Positions 14,201 through 25,382 of a DNA stretch of 64,000 bases are shown piece after piece. Position numbers and translations under genes: made by a program. Origin of the DNA: Chiloscyllium plagiosum (Eukaryota); NCBI RefSeq assembly GCF_004010195.1, contig NC_057756.1, positions 4,761,164-4,825,163 of the forward strand, in the 5' to 3' direction. Under the pieces are notes generated by a model. The model did not search any database. It worked only from the letters and a program-made list of their open reading frames with translations, and was not told the origin of the DNA. Positions within the stretch are counted from its first letter, which is position 1; every line of letters begins with the position of its first letter.

Positions 14201-17200
14201 CACAAAGTTTGATCCTGTCTGGCTTTTTAAAAAGTATCATTACAAACCATTTGGTCAATTTTGAGAGGCATTAAGGAGTATTTCAACTTTACTGTGTTGT
14301 GAACACAGTGGTAGGGTGGTTGATTTGATCTGGTTGTCTCAAGTATCAAAACAATTATGGTACTTGGTCAGAACATGGTATATAAGAATCTGGCATGGCA
14401 TCACACAGCCAAACACTTTCATGGTAATAGTCTACAGCTTGCCGCTTTTCTCTGGCCAATTTTAACCTCTAAACTCTAATCTCTGCAGCAGCCCCTAGAT
14501 CCATCTCTACCCATCTGCCACATCCTCTAGCCCTACAACTCTACCCTTTCCATGTGACTCCCCCAGTCGCTAAAACTTTTTCTACCATTGTAAACTATTC
14601 CTCCTCTACCACCACACTTACTTTTGTAAGCTTTTGCAACCTTAACACCTTTCCATTACACCGCAATCTCCTCAACTCTCCACACCTTGGTCAACCCCTT
14701 GAGTTCAGACAAGCCTCCACTTTTGTGACTTTACATTCCAAAGGTGTTCTCTATCTCTATAACATTCTGCATCCTCCAAGCTTGGACTGCTCAGTTGTAA
14801 ATAATATGGATGTCCCACCAAGGCACAGTAAAAGCCATAGCTAATATGAGAGAAATAACTCATCTCTGTCTGACAACGGAATGATCAGCCTTCACTATCA
14901 TGGGGTTAACTGTTGTCCAGAAATGTAACTCTTTCTTTCTTTTTCTGGAAGATGGCACCAACAGCAATGCACATCTCACATGGGCCTGCCCCAGTCAATG
15001 CCGACAATACTGTACCCTGATGTTACAAAGCTTCTTCAGTACAAGATCCATTGAAGAACAGCGCAACCTGAGTGTGAATGCTCTGAAAGTACACCATTTG
15101 CTCCCCACTACCCTGCTCATAGTTCAGTATTCACTCTGTATTGATGCCCAAACAGGTAACGTGCCTTTAATACTCACTCTTCCATGATGTAACATTCCCC
15201 CAGATCTGACACAAAAGCAGAGGAAGGCTCCCTTGCTGTGGATCCCTCAATTCTGCAGCTAAAAGTCAATGCTGGTCCTTTTCAGGAGTGGTGTTCTATT
15301 AGTATTGCTCCACTGCAGTGCATCTAACCTACATGGTTGACCATTCAGCATTACTTGGCTTATTCAGTTCAAAATACCAATGGTTCTATGCTCATTCTGT
15401 TCATTGACAGTGTAGTACAGCAAGTCATTTACTTGTAAACAAACACGCTGGGACCTCTCTGAAGTGCTACCTTCTCTCAGCACTGCATGTGACAGTTTCC
15501 CTGCATCACTGACCCTCAGGGGATGCAGTGTTCCTCGATAATGCTGTTCTAATTGTTCATCATTCTCTTGGTATCCGCTAATTGGCAGCTCTCCGTTTCT
15601 GAACTTTCATCAGTGTGGTAGTCTCAGCACTGACTCACTGTCAGTGCTGACCCTCTGAGAGTGAAGTGTATAATCAATACTGACTCATCAAACGTGCAGT
15701 AATCCCTAGATACTGACAATCCAACAGTGTGGAGTTCCCTTTGCACTTCCATTTACCTCAGCAATGGCTACCTAAAGAATGTCAGGCTAGAGTATTGACA
15801 TTGAGCCATTGGAGTGTATGGCTAACAGTCAAATGAGGAACTAATAATCACTGGAATCACATATTCCATCATATTCTGTATTCACCTGAATTCGGCATAA
15901 ACTTACCACTTACTCCACCATAGCACCCTTTACCAGCCTCCAGGTATGTTTTGTCCAGCAGAGGTGGCAAGATCTGTGAAGCCATTTCCGGGTTTGAGAA
16001 TGCTCCCTGGCTGATTTCTTCCACAACTCTCTCTGTAATCTTTGAAGTATTCCAGACGGGGAATGGAATGAAATCACTGTTAGCAATAAGAGCCTGCGAG
16101 TGAAAGATGAGAGGGATAGAGTCAGGGAATGCCACATGCTCAATCAGCCATGGACCTCCTGTATGACATGATAACACTTGTTAGGTGAATACTTGACATT
16201 TCCCCAATTTTACCTCAACCAGATTTGTAAATAACGTTTCTCACGGCAGGTGAGAATTTGACTGTTCCCCTTGCCACCGCAGCAGAGTAATGAACATTAC
16301 AGGATATGACATAAGGATAACTGGGCTTCAGGGCATAAACAATGACGAGTGATTGTAGAATGATACCTGGACTTTGGTGTTTGTTAGGAGGAAATATTGC
16401 ACAAATTAAACCTGTTTCTCTGGTATATAGAAGGTTAAATGGTGATCTGATTGAACTCTGCAAGATATTAACTGGAATAGGCAGGGCAAGTAAAGAGGAA
16501 CTATTTGTATGGGTAGAACATTCTAGAGGACATAGTCTGAGAATTAGGACCAGGTCATAGATGTTAGGAAGCACTTCTACACACAAATAATGTTAAATGT
16601 TTGGAACTCTATTCCACAAATAGCAGTGGGTGCTGGATTACTTGCTAATTTTAAATTGGAAACAGTTTCGGTGTTTTTCTGTTAAGCAAAGAGATGTGAG
16701 CCAAAAGTATGGATATCGTTAGGCCACAGATCAACTACTGAATGGTGGAAAAGTTTCAAGAGGCTGAATGGACTACTCCTGCTCCTATGCAGCGATGAAA
16801 GAAAGAAATTTCGCTTTTTTAAGGTGAAGATTATGATTTGAATCATGATCATTTTTTTCTAATAGCTGAGAGTTGTTAGACATTTCATATTTTATTTTGA
16901 ATGGTGCTGAGTGTGTTAAAATGTTCTGGATTATGTTTTGTCTGTGTATGTTCTCACGGCTTGAAATATGTGAACAGGGTTTTCGAAGCTGTTATTTAAG
17001 TAGAGATTTGCATGAAGTCTGTTCAGTGAACTGGAAGGTCTTAATAAATGATCAATGTCTTAGGTTGGCAGTTATGCAACATAAATCCACAAGCGTCAAG
17101 GAACAAGTGTTGAATAGCAGTGATGTTAATAAACATGAAAGTGCTTTCATCACTTCATATGGAAATATTATTTAGAAATCTACAGTTGTTATTATTCTTA

Positions 17201-20200
17201 GTTTATGGGATCTGGGTCTCTTTGGCTCAGCCATATGTTCTGTTCATCCCAATCTGACCAGATGACAGTTCAGAGCCAAACATGACGCTGTGGGTCTGTA
17301 ATCACGTGTAGGCCATATCAGATATGTGTGGCAGATCTCATTTGCAAAGTGGCATGAGGAAACTTGATGGACTCTGACAAGTCATTACATGCTGGCTGTT
17401 CAGCGTGTGTTATTCAACTTTGCTTTTTAAATTCTGTTTACCGCCTAATTCCATCATCTACGGTGTTCTTGTCCCATGAACATTCGGTCAGTGTTTTGAA
17501 CTAATAATCCAATGTCATTAGCAGCACGCCACTTTCTACCAGTCTGTAGTTAGCACAAGTAGGTTGCTCATCATTTCGACTTTTGTCTCTCACATCAGCA
17601 ACCCTCAGAAAAACAGAAGACTCCCTGCCTCACTCTAAACAATCATTCTTGTCAAGTGCCATGTATACTCCGAAGCATTCTACCGCAAGTTAAAAGAAAA
17701 AACTCTGGTTAAAAAACACACCGATGACTGAGATTTGATGTAAAATGGAAGAGATTTGTGAGATTAAAATGATGATGAAATCATTCAGTGTATTGTAGAC
17801 TCTCCTAGTTGATTCGGCATTGGTGCAAACAAACGAGGAGCATTGTATGTATCTTTAGTCGCCATTGACATTGCTGAATCTACATGAGGAGTGTAGTTTC
17901 ATTATTCATATGGCATGACGAGACTACACAAGCATTGGATAGGGTTCTAGTCTCTATTGATCTTGACTTGATTGTTTTTAAAAGGGCATTGTACGTTCTC
18001 ATTTCTAAATATCATGGTTAGCCCAGCCCACACACAGTGTATTACTTTGATTTCCATACATAGGTGAAATCAAAACTGAAATTTCTGTCCCTGCTTTGAT
18101 TTTCCTGTCCATCTTCCCCCAGTGTTCTGTGTCTCTTCTGATACCTGTGCCTCATCCTTGCTCTCTTCCTGCCCCTTTGGCTCTCTTTCATGTCGCTGTC
18201 TCTTCCTTCTATTTTAATTTATTTCACTTTCTCTTCCTCGCTCTCTCTCTCTCACTGTCCCCGTGCGATTTTATACCTTCAGTTAATTTTTCTTTCCATC
18301 TTCATCATCACCTCTTTATCCATTTCTGTCCATATCTCTCTGTCTCTCGCCATCTTCCCGGTACCTCTCATTCCTGCAGCTCAGACCCTCAATTTTATCG
18401 TGCACACCCCCCCCACCCCTAACTCCTCTCCTCCACCCCAACTCTACACACACACACTTTTCAGTTCTTATCACACCCTCCCTTTCCCTCATGGACACTC
18501 ACTCTCTCTCTCTCTCTCTTCCCAAATCTCAACCAATAAACTTCTCTCACTCTCCGTCTCCCTCTACCCATCCACCTTTTCTCTCCTATCATCTCTTTCC
18601 AAATATCTCTTACACTTTGTCCGTTGTTCTCTTTCAGCACTTCCACTAATGCTTCTCCTTACTCCCCTCTTGTCTCACTTTGCTCGCTGCTCGTGCCAAT
18701 AATTCTGACATGAATCTTACCTGCATGGCCAGGCCAGTGCTATAGATATTTCCAATTGTTCCTTGAGCTTCTTTTGCACAGTAAATCTGCATGATCAGTT
18801 TTGTCAAGGCAATCTTGATGGAGTCAGCTGGCTTGTAGGAACCTTGTAGACAGCTAAAGGCCATGGCAGCCATAGCACCCGTATCTAGTGGAGAAACAGA
18901 AAGGTTAATGTGTCCAGGCAGCTCGTGTCGACAGAATCCAAACCGATTAAAGGGGGACACAACACCTTTCGAGAGGCAGGGAAATGTGATTCCAATGGGG
19001 CATCATCCACTACATACGGGAGAAAGTAATTATTCTTTTTCCCAGAGGAGAAACAGTTTTATATGTGGATCAATGCAGTTGACAAGTAGAAAGTAAGATT
19101 GGTTCAATGGCACTCAGCAGCACGTTTCCACTGAACAGACAGTTGGTCTAAAGGAGTGACATGCCCATGTCTCAAGGAGACAGCCTGGTTAAGTGGGACA
19201 CACAGATGACATTGTGATGCGCCGAAGATTTCTTAGTCTCTCTCTCTCTCTTTGATTCCTCTTACACCCTCTTTGTCTTTCTCTCTCTCCCCATCGTCTG
19301 TCTCTCTCTTTCCCTTTATTCCCTTTCACACTTTCTTTATCTCTCAGCCATCTTTCACTTTGTCTCTGTTTCTTGCCCTCTCTCAGTCTCTCCTTCTGTG
19401 TCGCTCCCCACCATGTCTTCCTCTCTATCTTGCTCCCACGTCACTCATCTTTTCATTCTGTCCTTCCTCTCTCTTCTTTTCCGTGCCTGTTCTTGTCTCC
19501 CTTTATTCCTCCCTTCCTCTCACCAGCCGCTCTGCACTTGACATTTACCTACCCTCTCTGACGTGTTTCACTTACCCACTGAGAAGTGACCTCTGTAGGA
19601 GAGCTCATCGTTCATCACAGCCTGTGCGAAAGTTTTGATATCGCTCTTCCTAATCAAGTAATCATCTTGGCAAAGTGCAAGCACAGCAAGTGCAACTTGG
19701 TAGTAGGTGGTGAGAGGGTGTGTATTCATCTCTAGGAGCAGAGGAGGATAAATGTTAAAACGTTGAAGAATACCAAAGTCCTATTCTCAGTTTTAGAAAT
19801 TCATTTTCTGTGTGCTATTCAGGCATATATTTACAAATGACACTACACTTTGCATCACTCGCCCCCGATGCCACTCCCACAAGAGGAAGGTTAAGATTTC
19901 TCATTATCACAGAATTATAGTATCCCTACAGTGTGGAAATAGGCCATTAGGTCCAACAAGTCCATACTGACCCTCTAAAGATTAACCCACCCAGACCCAT
20001 TCCCCTACCCAGTTAGTCTACGTTTGACCCTAACGAATACACCTAACCTACATATCCCTGAACACTCTGTGCAATTTAGCATGGCTAATTCACCCAAACT
20101 GCACATCTTTGGACTGTGGGAGCAAACTGATGGGAATCCACACACACACACAGAGGGAAAACATGCAAACTTCACACAGACAGTAGCCCAAGTCATGTTA

Positions 20201-23200
20201 CAACAAAAGAGGAGATTGTTTGGCAATCTTAACAGCCCCTACTCATAGAAAGAGCTGCATATTGAGCCCCTCAAAGTAAAACAGAAAATTGATGGGGAAA
20301 CTCAGCTGGTCTGACATCATCTGTAGAGAGAGTTAATGTTTCGAGCCTTATGATCCATATTCCCAACTGTGAAGAGAGCTGGGAGTCATTGGTTCCTATG
20401 CTGATGACAGGTTTTGGGTGTTGGGGGCGCTTGGTGAAGTGAGCAGATAGGTGGAGACAGACCCAAAGACAGAAAGAAAGTTAAGCAAACAAAACGATTC
20501 TTCATAGCAAATCAGGGAAGGAGAATAGCTGATAATGAGGGGTGTAGATAAGCTAAATGGCAGGTATCTTTTCCCTTGGGTGGGCGATTTCAAAACTAGG
20601 GAGCTCTTTTTTTTAAGGTGAGAGGAAAATGACTTGAAAATGTCATGAGGGTTTTTTCTTATTTTTACACAGTAGTTCAACATATAGAATGAACTTCAAG
20701 AGAAAATGCTGGAGGTGGGTACAGTTAAAACATTTTTAAAACATTTAGATAGGTACACGAATGTTTGGAGGGATCTGGACCATGCACAGGCAGATGAGAC
20801 TAGTTTAGTTTAGGATTATGCTCACTATTGGACTGAAAGGTCTGCTTCCATGCCTTATGACTCTATGCTGCATTGATTTTTTTTTTGACAGAGTGGCTCG
20901 CATGTGGAATGAAATTTCAGAAGAAGTGATGGTTGCAGATACTGTTTCAATGTTTTAGAGCCATTTGGATAAGTATATGAATTAGAAACATTTGGAGGGA
21001 TATGGATCAAACACAATCAAGTGGGACTAGTTTAATTTTGGATTATGGTCAGCACGGATTGATTGGATCAAAGGGTCTGTCTCCGTGCTGTGTGACTCTA
21101 TGACACTTGTGATTCTAAACACCGGACTAGCCAGAAACCCCTGGTAAATAAACACATTGATAAGACGCATCGCGTCTCTGTTCTTACAGCTTTCCCCTTG
21201 CCTGTTGACAATCCTTACCGATGCTTTTAATCTCTTGGCCAAGCTTCTCAGAAAGCAATGACTCCAGGTTGATGCCATGGTTCAATTCGTTGTCAATGGT
21301 CAGCTTCGTTGGGTTTTTACAACAGCAGATCAATGCCAATATGTACTGGGCCAGTTTCCCACTGGTCATACTCGGCCCTGTAGAGAAGAGAACTTAAGAA
21401 GCAACGCACCAATGTTTCAATAGTGTCTCCACAGGCAAAGTGATCCTCTGATTTCACAAGTTCAGGTGTTTCACCTTTGTGCAAGTTGTATCTGAATCCT
21501 GATATTTTCAGCACATCCGTTGTCCATGCCTCTAAATGTACAGTCTTTATGCAGTAGTGGCAACCCAATCGAACAATGCTCTTGCAGTTATGACCATATG
21601 AGACTGTTGCTGTCACTCTGCACGGATCACAGGAATCCTGTAATACTGACCTTTCCATAGTGCAGCGCTCTGTCAGCACTGACCCTCCAACAGTGCAATG
21701 CGCCCTCAGCACTGACCCTCCAACAGTGCGGTGTTCCCTCAGCACAGACTCTCCGACAGTGTGGTCCTTCCCCAGCTTGGTGCTACCTCAGCCCTGACCC
21801 TCCGACAGCGCGGTGCTCCCACAGCACTGACCCTCCTACAGTGCAGCACTCCCCCAGCACTGTCCCTCTGGCAGTGGAGCACTCCCTCCGCACTCACCCT
21901 CAGACACTGCAGCACTCCCTCAGCACTGGCCCTCCGACAGTGCAGCACTCCCTCAGTNNNNNNNNNNNNNNNNNNNNNNNNNNNTGCGGCACTCCCTCAG
22001 CACTGACCCTCCAACAGTACGGCACTCACTCAGCACTGACCCTCCCACAGTGCGGCACTCCCTCAGTACAGACCCTCCGAAATGGCAGCACTCCCTCAGC
22101 ACTGACCCTCTGACAGGGCGGCGCTCCCTCAGCACTGACCCTCCCACATTGCGGCACTCCCTCAGCACTGGCCCTCTGACAGTGCAGCGCTCCCTCAGCA
22201 CTGGCCCTCACAGTGCGGCACTCCCTCAGCGCTGACCCTCCGACAGTGCAGCACTCCCTCAGTACTGGCCCTCACAGTGCGGCACTCCCTCAGACTGACC
22301 CTCCGACAGTGCGGCACTCCCTCAGCACTGACCCTCTCAGTGCGGCACTCCCTCAGCACTGACCCTCCGACAGTGCAGCGCTCCCTCAGCACTGGCCCTC
22401 ACAGTGCAGCACTCCCTCAGCGCTGACCCTCTAACAGTGCGGCGCTCCCTCAGCACTGGCCCTCAGTGCGGCGCTCCCTCAGCACTGACCCTCCGACAGT
22501 GCATTGCCCACTCAGTACTGAGCCTCGCACAGTGTGGGAACCCCTCAGTGCAGACACTGTGAACTTGGAAACTTCACTCAGTTCTGACACCGTGGCAGTG
22601 CAGGGCTGCCTTAACACTTCGGTGTCTGACACTTTTTCATCACTGTACCTCTGACAGAGCAGCACCCCAATATTACTGACTCCCTTTCAGTTCAGAATTC
22701 TTTCAGCACTAACACCTGAAAATGAGCATTCCTTCAGTGTTAACATTACGACAGTGCAACATTCCCTCAGTGGATCCCTCGCTCAGTCGATTATCTTAAT
22801 TACTAGCATGGGACTGAAAGCGTGCTCAGAATATACTGACATGTTTCCCAGACAGCAGGCCATGTTTGTATCATCTGCGCTCTCTTACCTTTGCTAATAG
22901 CAATCTCCTTAAGTCTGTTGACAATGTATGGTTCGATCTTGTGTTTCACCAGACACAGGGAAAGTACCACACTGGGGTCTGGGTCTTGGTCAATCAGAGA
23001 GTCAGCCAACTTGTTCTCCAGCTGGGCCGCACATTCTATGTAGTCTCCTGGAAAACATTTGAATGGAAGCAGCAGAAATTGAGACAAAATTAATCTGCTC
23101 ACTGAGTTGCAAGTAATCTCTTATTCTATTTCTGATCTTTGCCCAAGTAGCCTAACTCATAATAACTTTTGTAAAATTCGCCTGAGCCACCTTTTACAGG

Positions 23201-25143
23201 TTTATTGTCAAATCCGATTCCACCATCCTTACCAGTGGAAATTTCCAAATCTCAACAAAGGCTGTGTCAAATATATTTCATTATCACACACCACCATCTT
23301 CCCACCGCAACCACCCTCTTTCTTTGCCAAATGTCTTCATGCCGTGTCATCGAGGAATTGACCCTCCTGTCACTGGAAATATTATCGAAGTTTCAGGCCT
23401 AAGCCCTCATCTGGAATGAGGTTTTGTGGGCTGGGGGTGGGGAGCTGAGAGGTAAATGCGAGGGGGGGTGAGGTTGGGGGGGATAGGTGGATTAAGGTGG
23501 GGGAGAAGGTGATAGGTTGGAGAGGAGGGTGGAGTGGATAGGTCAAGAGGGCAGTGCTGAGTTGGAGGCTTGGAACTGGAATAATGTGGGGGGGGGGATG
23601 GAAAATGAGGAAACTGGTGAGATCTACATTAATAACGTGTGGTTTCAGGGTCCCGAGGCGGAAGATGAAGCGTCCTATCTCATGTATTGGGTGGTAAGGG
23701 TTTGGCGATGGAGGAGGCCCAGAACCCGCATGTCCTTGGCAGAGTGGGAGGAGGAGTTGAAGTGTTCAACCAAAGGCTTGGTTGTTGTGGGTGTCCCAGA
23801 GATGTTCTCTGAAATGGTCCCAGATGGCCTCCTTCTTCAAAGGTTGCAATTTCCCCTCTCACTTGGTCATCAATGCCCTCCAGCGCATCTCTTCCACTTC
23901 CCACACCTCCCTTCAACCACACCCTCGCAGTGCAACAAGGACAGAACCCCTTCCCGGTCGCAACCTTCCACTCCACCAAACTTCAGAAACATTCCATCAT
24001 CCCCCATCACCTTCAAACAGACCCCACCGTGAGGGATATATTTCCCTCCCCACCCCTATCAGCATTCCAAAGAGACCATTCCCTCTGCGACTCCCTCGTT
24101 AGATCCATGCCCCCACCACCACCACCAGCCCACACCCCACTCTCAGCACCTTCCTGTCACCACAGGAAATGCAAAGCCTGCGCCCACACCTCCCCTCACC
24201 ACCGTCCAAGGCCCCAAGGGATCCTTCCACATCCGACAGAAATTCACCTGTATCTCCATCAATGTCATCTGCTGTATGTGTGGCACCCAATGTGGTCTCC
24301 TCTACATCAGGGACACAGTACACCAACTTGCAGATCATTTCAGAGAACATCACTGGGACATCTGCACCAACCAATCCCACCACCCCGTGGCTGAACACTT
24401 CAACTCCCCCCTCCCACTCTGACAAGGACATGCAGGTCCTGGGCCTCCTCCATCGCCAAATCCTTACCAACTAACGCCAGGAGGAAGAACACCTAATCTG
24501 CCACCTTAGAACCCTGCAACAACATGGGATTAATGTGGATTTCACCAGTTTCCTAATTTCCCCTTCCCACACATTAGCCCAGTCCCAAGCCTTCAACTCG
24601 GCACCACCCTCTAGACCTATCCATCGCCTTTCTCAACTATCCGCTTCACCTTCCTCTCAGACCTATCACCTTATCCTCCACCTTCACTTACTTTTCGCAT
24701 TCTCCTTCCCCCCCAACCCCCTCCCATTTATCTCTCAGCCAACCCCCGTCCCTCACCCACCCCATGAGTTTCATTCCTGATGATGGGCTTATGCCAAATA
24801 TGTCGCTTCACCTGCTCCTCGGATGCTGTCTGGCCTGCTGTGCTTTTCCATCACCACACCCTCGACTATGATCTCCAGCATCTCCAGTCCCCACTTTCTT
24901 CCAGCAGGAAATAGTAACCCTCATTTCATCTATCTTCATAGTTTTGAACACCTCCATTAAACCCCTCCTTAATTTTGTCTTCTGAAAGTACAGAATACCA
25001 GCCTTTTCAAACTCAAACCGAAACCTCTCATTCTAGTTTGTAGATGTATTTAGAGTAGGAGGGGGCAACCACAGCTTACCACAGCTTTGAAGACCATGAG
25101 GTAAGAACACCACGATCACGAACAGTGTCGGCAAGATGCCCAT
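8171..25143 (-). CDS. Cobalamin-binding protein, TCN1 (haptocorrin)/CBLIF (intrinsic factor)-like; 9 coding exons, 1233 nt, 410 aa (gene span)
   Basis: Exons 25080-25143, 22889-23047, 21219-21377, 19576-19731, 18721-18884, 15907-16093, 12846-13008, 9659-9777 and 8171-8232 splice via GT-AG with matching phases (1,1,1,1,0,1,2,1) into one ORF. Family motifs: PLTTYYQVALAVLALC, FSVDTGAMA, GNIYSTGLAMQAL, FSNP..SQILP.L..KTYL, RTFWQFL, GVAEYKPSNGEH. Confidence 0.93.
8360..8940. mobile_element. Probable solo LTR in intron 8
   Basis: TG...ATAAC-type ends and internal AATAAA; boundaries approximate. Confidence 0.4.
9659..9777 (-). CDS. B12-binder exon 8 (FKDIQTSLGPFITSIGG...RTFWQFLNGTVPIPV)
   Basis: tttag acceptor, G|GTAAG donor, 119 nt; beta-domain motif. 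Confidence 0.93.
10430..12260. repeat. Degenerate ~21-bp tandem repeat (gagtttccattgagtgtgaat-like) with Penelope fragments inserted at ~10995-11345 and ~11412-11562
   Basis: Recurrent tttccattgagtg / gtgaatgagtttc words. Confidence 0.65.
12846..13008 (-). CDS. B12-binder exon 7, linker and start of beta domain (ITVDYTVND...GTVLIDIMEIAQ)
   Basis: tttag acceptor, CG|GTGAG donor, 163 nt. Confidence 0.92.
15907..16093 (-). CDS. B12-binder exon 6 (ALIAN...WNTSK...FSNPEMASQILPPLLDKTYL...C)
   Basis: cag acceptor, G|GTAAGT donor giving the phase exon 7 needs, 187 nt. Confidence 0.92.
18721..18884 (-). CDS. B12-binder exon 5 (DTGAMAAMAFSCL...GNIYSTGLAMQ)
   Basis: ctag acceptor, CAG|GTAAG donor, 164 nt; contains the family signature. 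Confidence 0.95.
19576..19731 (-). CDS. B12-binder exon 4 (MNTHPLTTYYQVALAVLALC...GHFSV); not in the ORF track
   Basis: cctag acceptor, G|GTAAG donor, 156 nt, translated by hand. Confidence 0.93.
19925..20195 (-). mobile_element. HE1-type SINE, partial
   Basis: Matches the other HE1 copies in the window. Confidence 0.75.
21219..21377 (-). CDS. B12-binder exon 3 (PSMTSGKLAQYILALICCCKNP...QEIKSI)
   Basis: ctacag acceptor, G|GTAAG donor, 159 nt; GxLA.YILAL...C.NP motif. Confidence 0.92.
21640..22790. repeat. ~33-bp minisatellite (cagcactgaccctccgacagtgcggcactccct)n, containing an N gap
   Basis: More than 20 directly visible units. Confidence 0.92.
22889..23047 (-). CDS. B12-binder exon 2 (DYIECAAQ...DPSVVLSLC...AISK)
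   Basis: ttttccag acceptor, G|GTAAG donor, 159 nt; xPSV(L/V) family motif. Confidence 0.88.
23290..24902. mobile_element. Penelope-like element, inverted 3' ends with GIY-YIG remnant
   Basis: About 23385-23815 is inverted relative to about 24340-24805; C..C..C and LYI G motifs. Confidence 0.8.
25080..25143 (-). CDS. B12-binder exon 1, signal peptide MGILPTLFVIVVFLPHGLQSC(G)
   Basis: ATG at 25143, hydrophobic leader, G|GTAAG donor, 64 nt, TATA box ~80 nt upstream. Confidence 0.88.
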
Positions 25144-25220
25144 TGTTATTACGAGCCTGCCGTTAATCAGAACCAGAATCGTCAGTGCAAAGTGGTTACG
25201 GGAGGTGTGGGGTAGTGTGG

Positions 25221-25382
25221 CTTTATATATATCAAAGGGAAGGTCAAAGGATTGCAATTAATATATTGTGGGAATACTAATTAACCTTTACTTAGAGATT
25301 GTTACACAAAGTGGACCTAATCTTTGATACCGAGTTAATGCACCAGCAAATATTAACTGAACAATTTGCAAGATCACCTGAA
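25221..25382 (-). promoter_or_regulatory. Proximal promoter of the B12-binder gene: TATA box plus candidate HNF4/nuclear receptor, C/EBP, HNF1 and FOXA motifs
   Basis: TATATATAAAG 25221-25231 (-); AGGTCAAAGG 25241-25250; ATTGCAAT 25251-25258; GTTAATTAGTATT 25273-25285 (-); GCAAATA 25346-25352. Motif calls are by eye. Confidence 0.6.

Noticed and set aside
21640..22790. CRISPR-like array, or V(D)J recombination signal cluster (some units contain CACAGTG)
   Set aside because: No unique spacers, no cas genes, eukaryotic context; no ACAAAAACC nonamer at 12/23 spacing and no Ig/TCR segments
25033..25257. Longer ORF-track start upstream of the B12-binder ATG
   Set aside because: It begins at a non-ATG codon upstream of the TATA box; ATG 25143 gives a proper signal peptide
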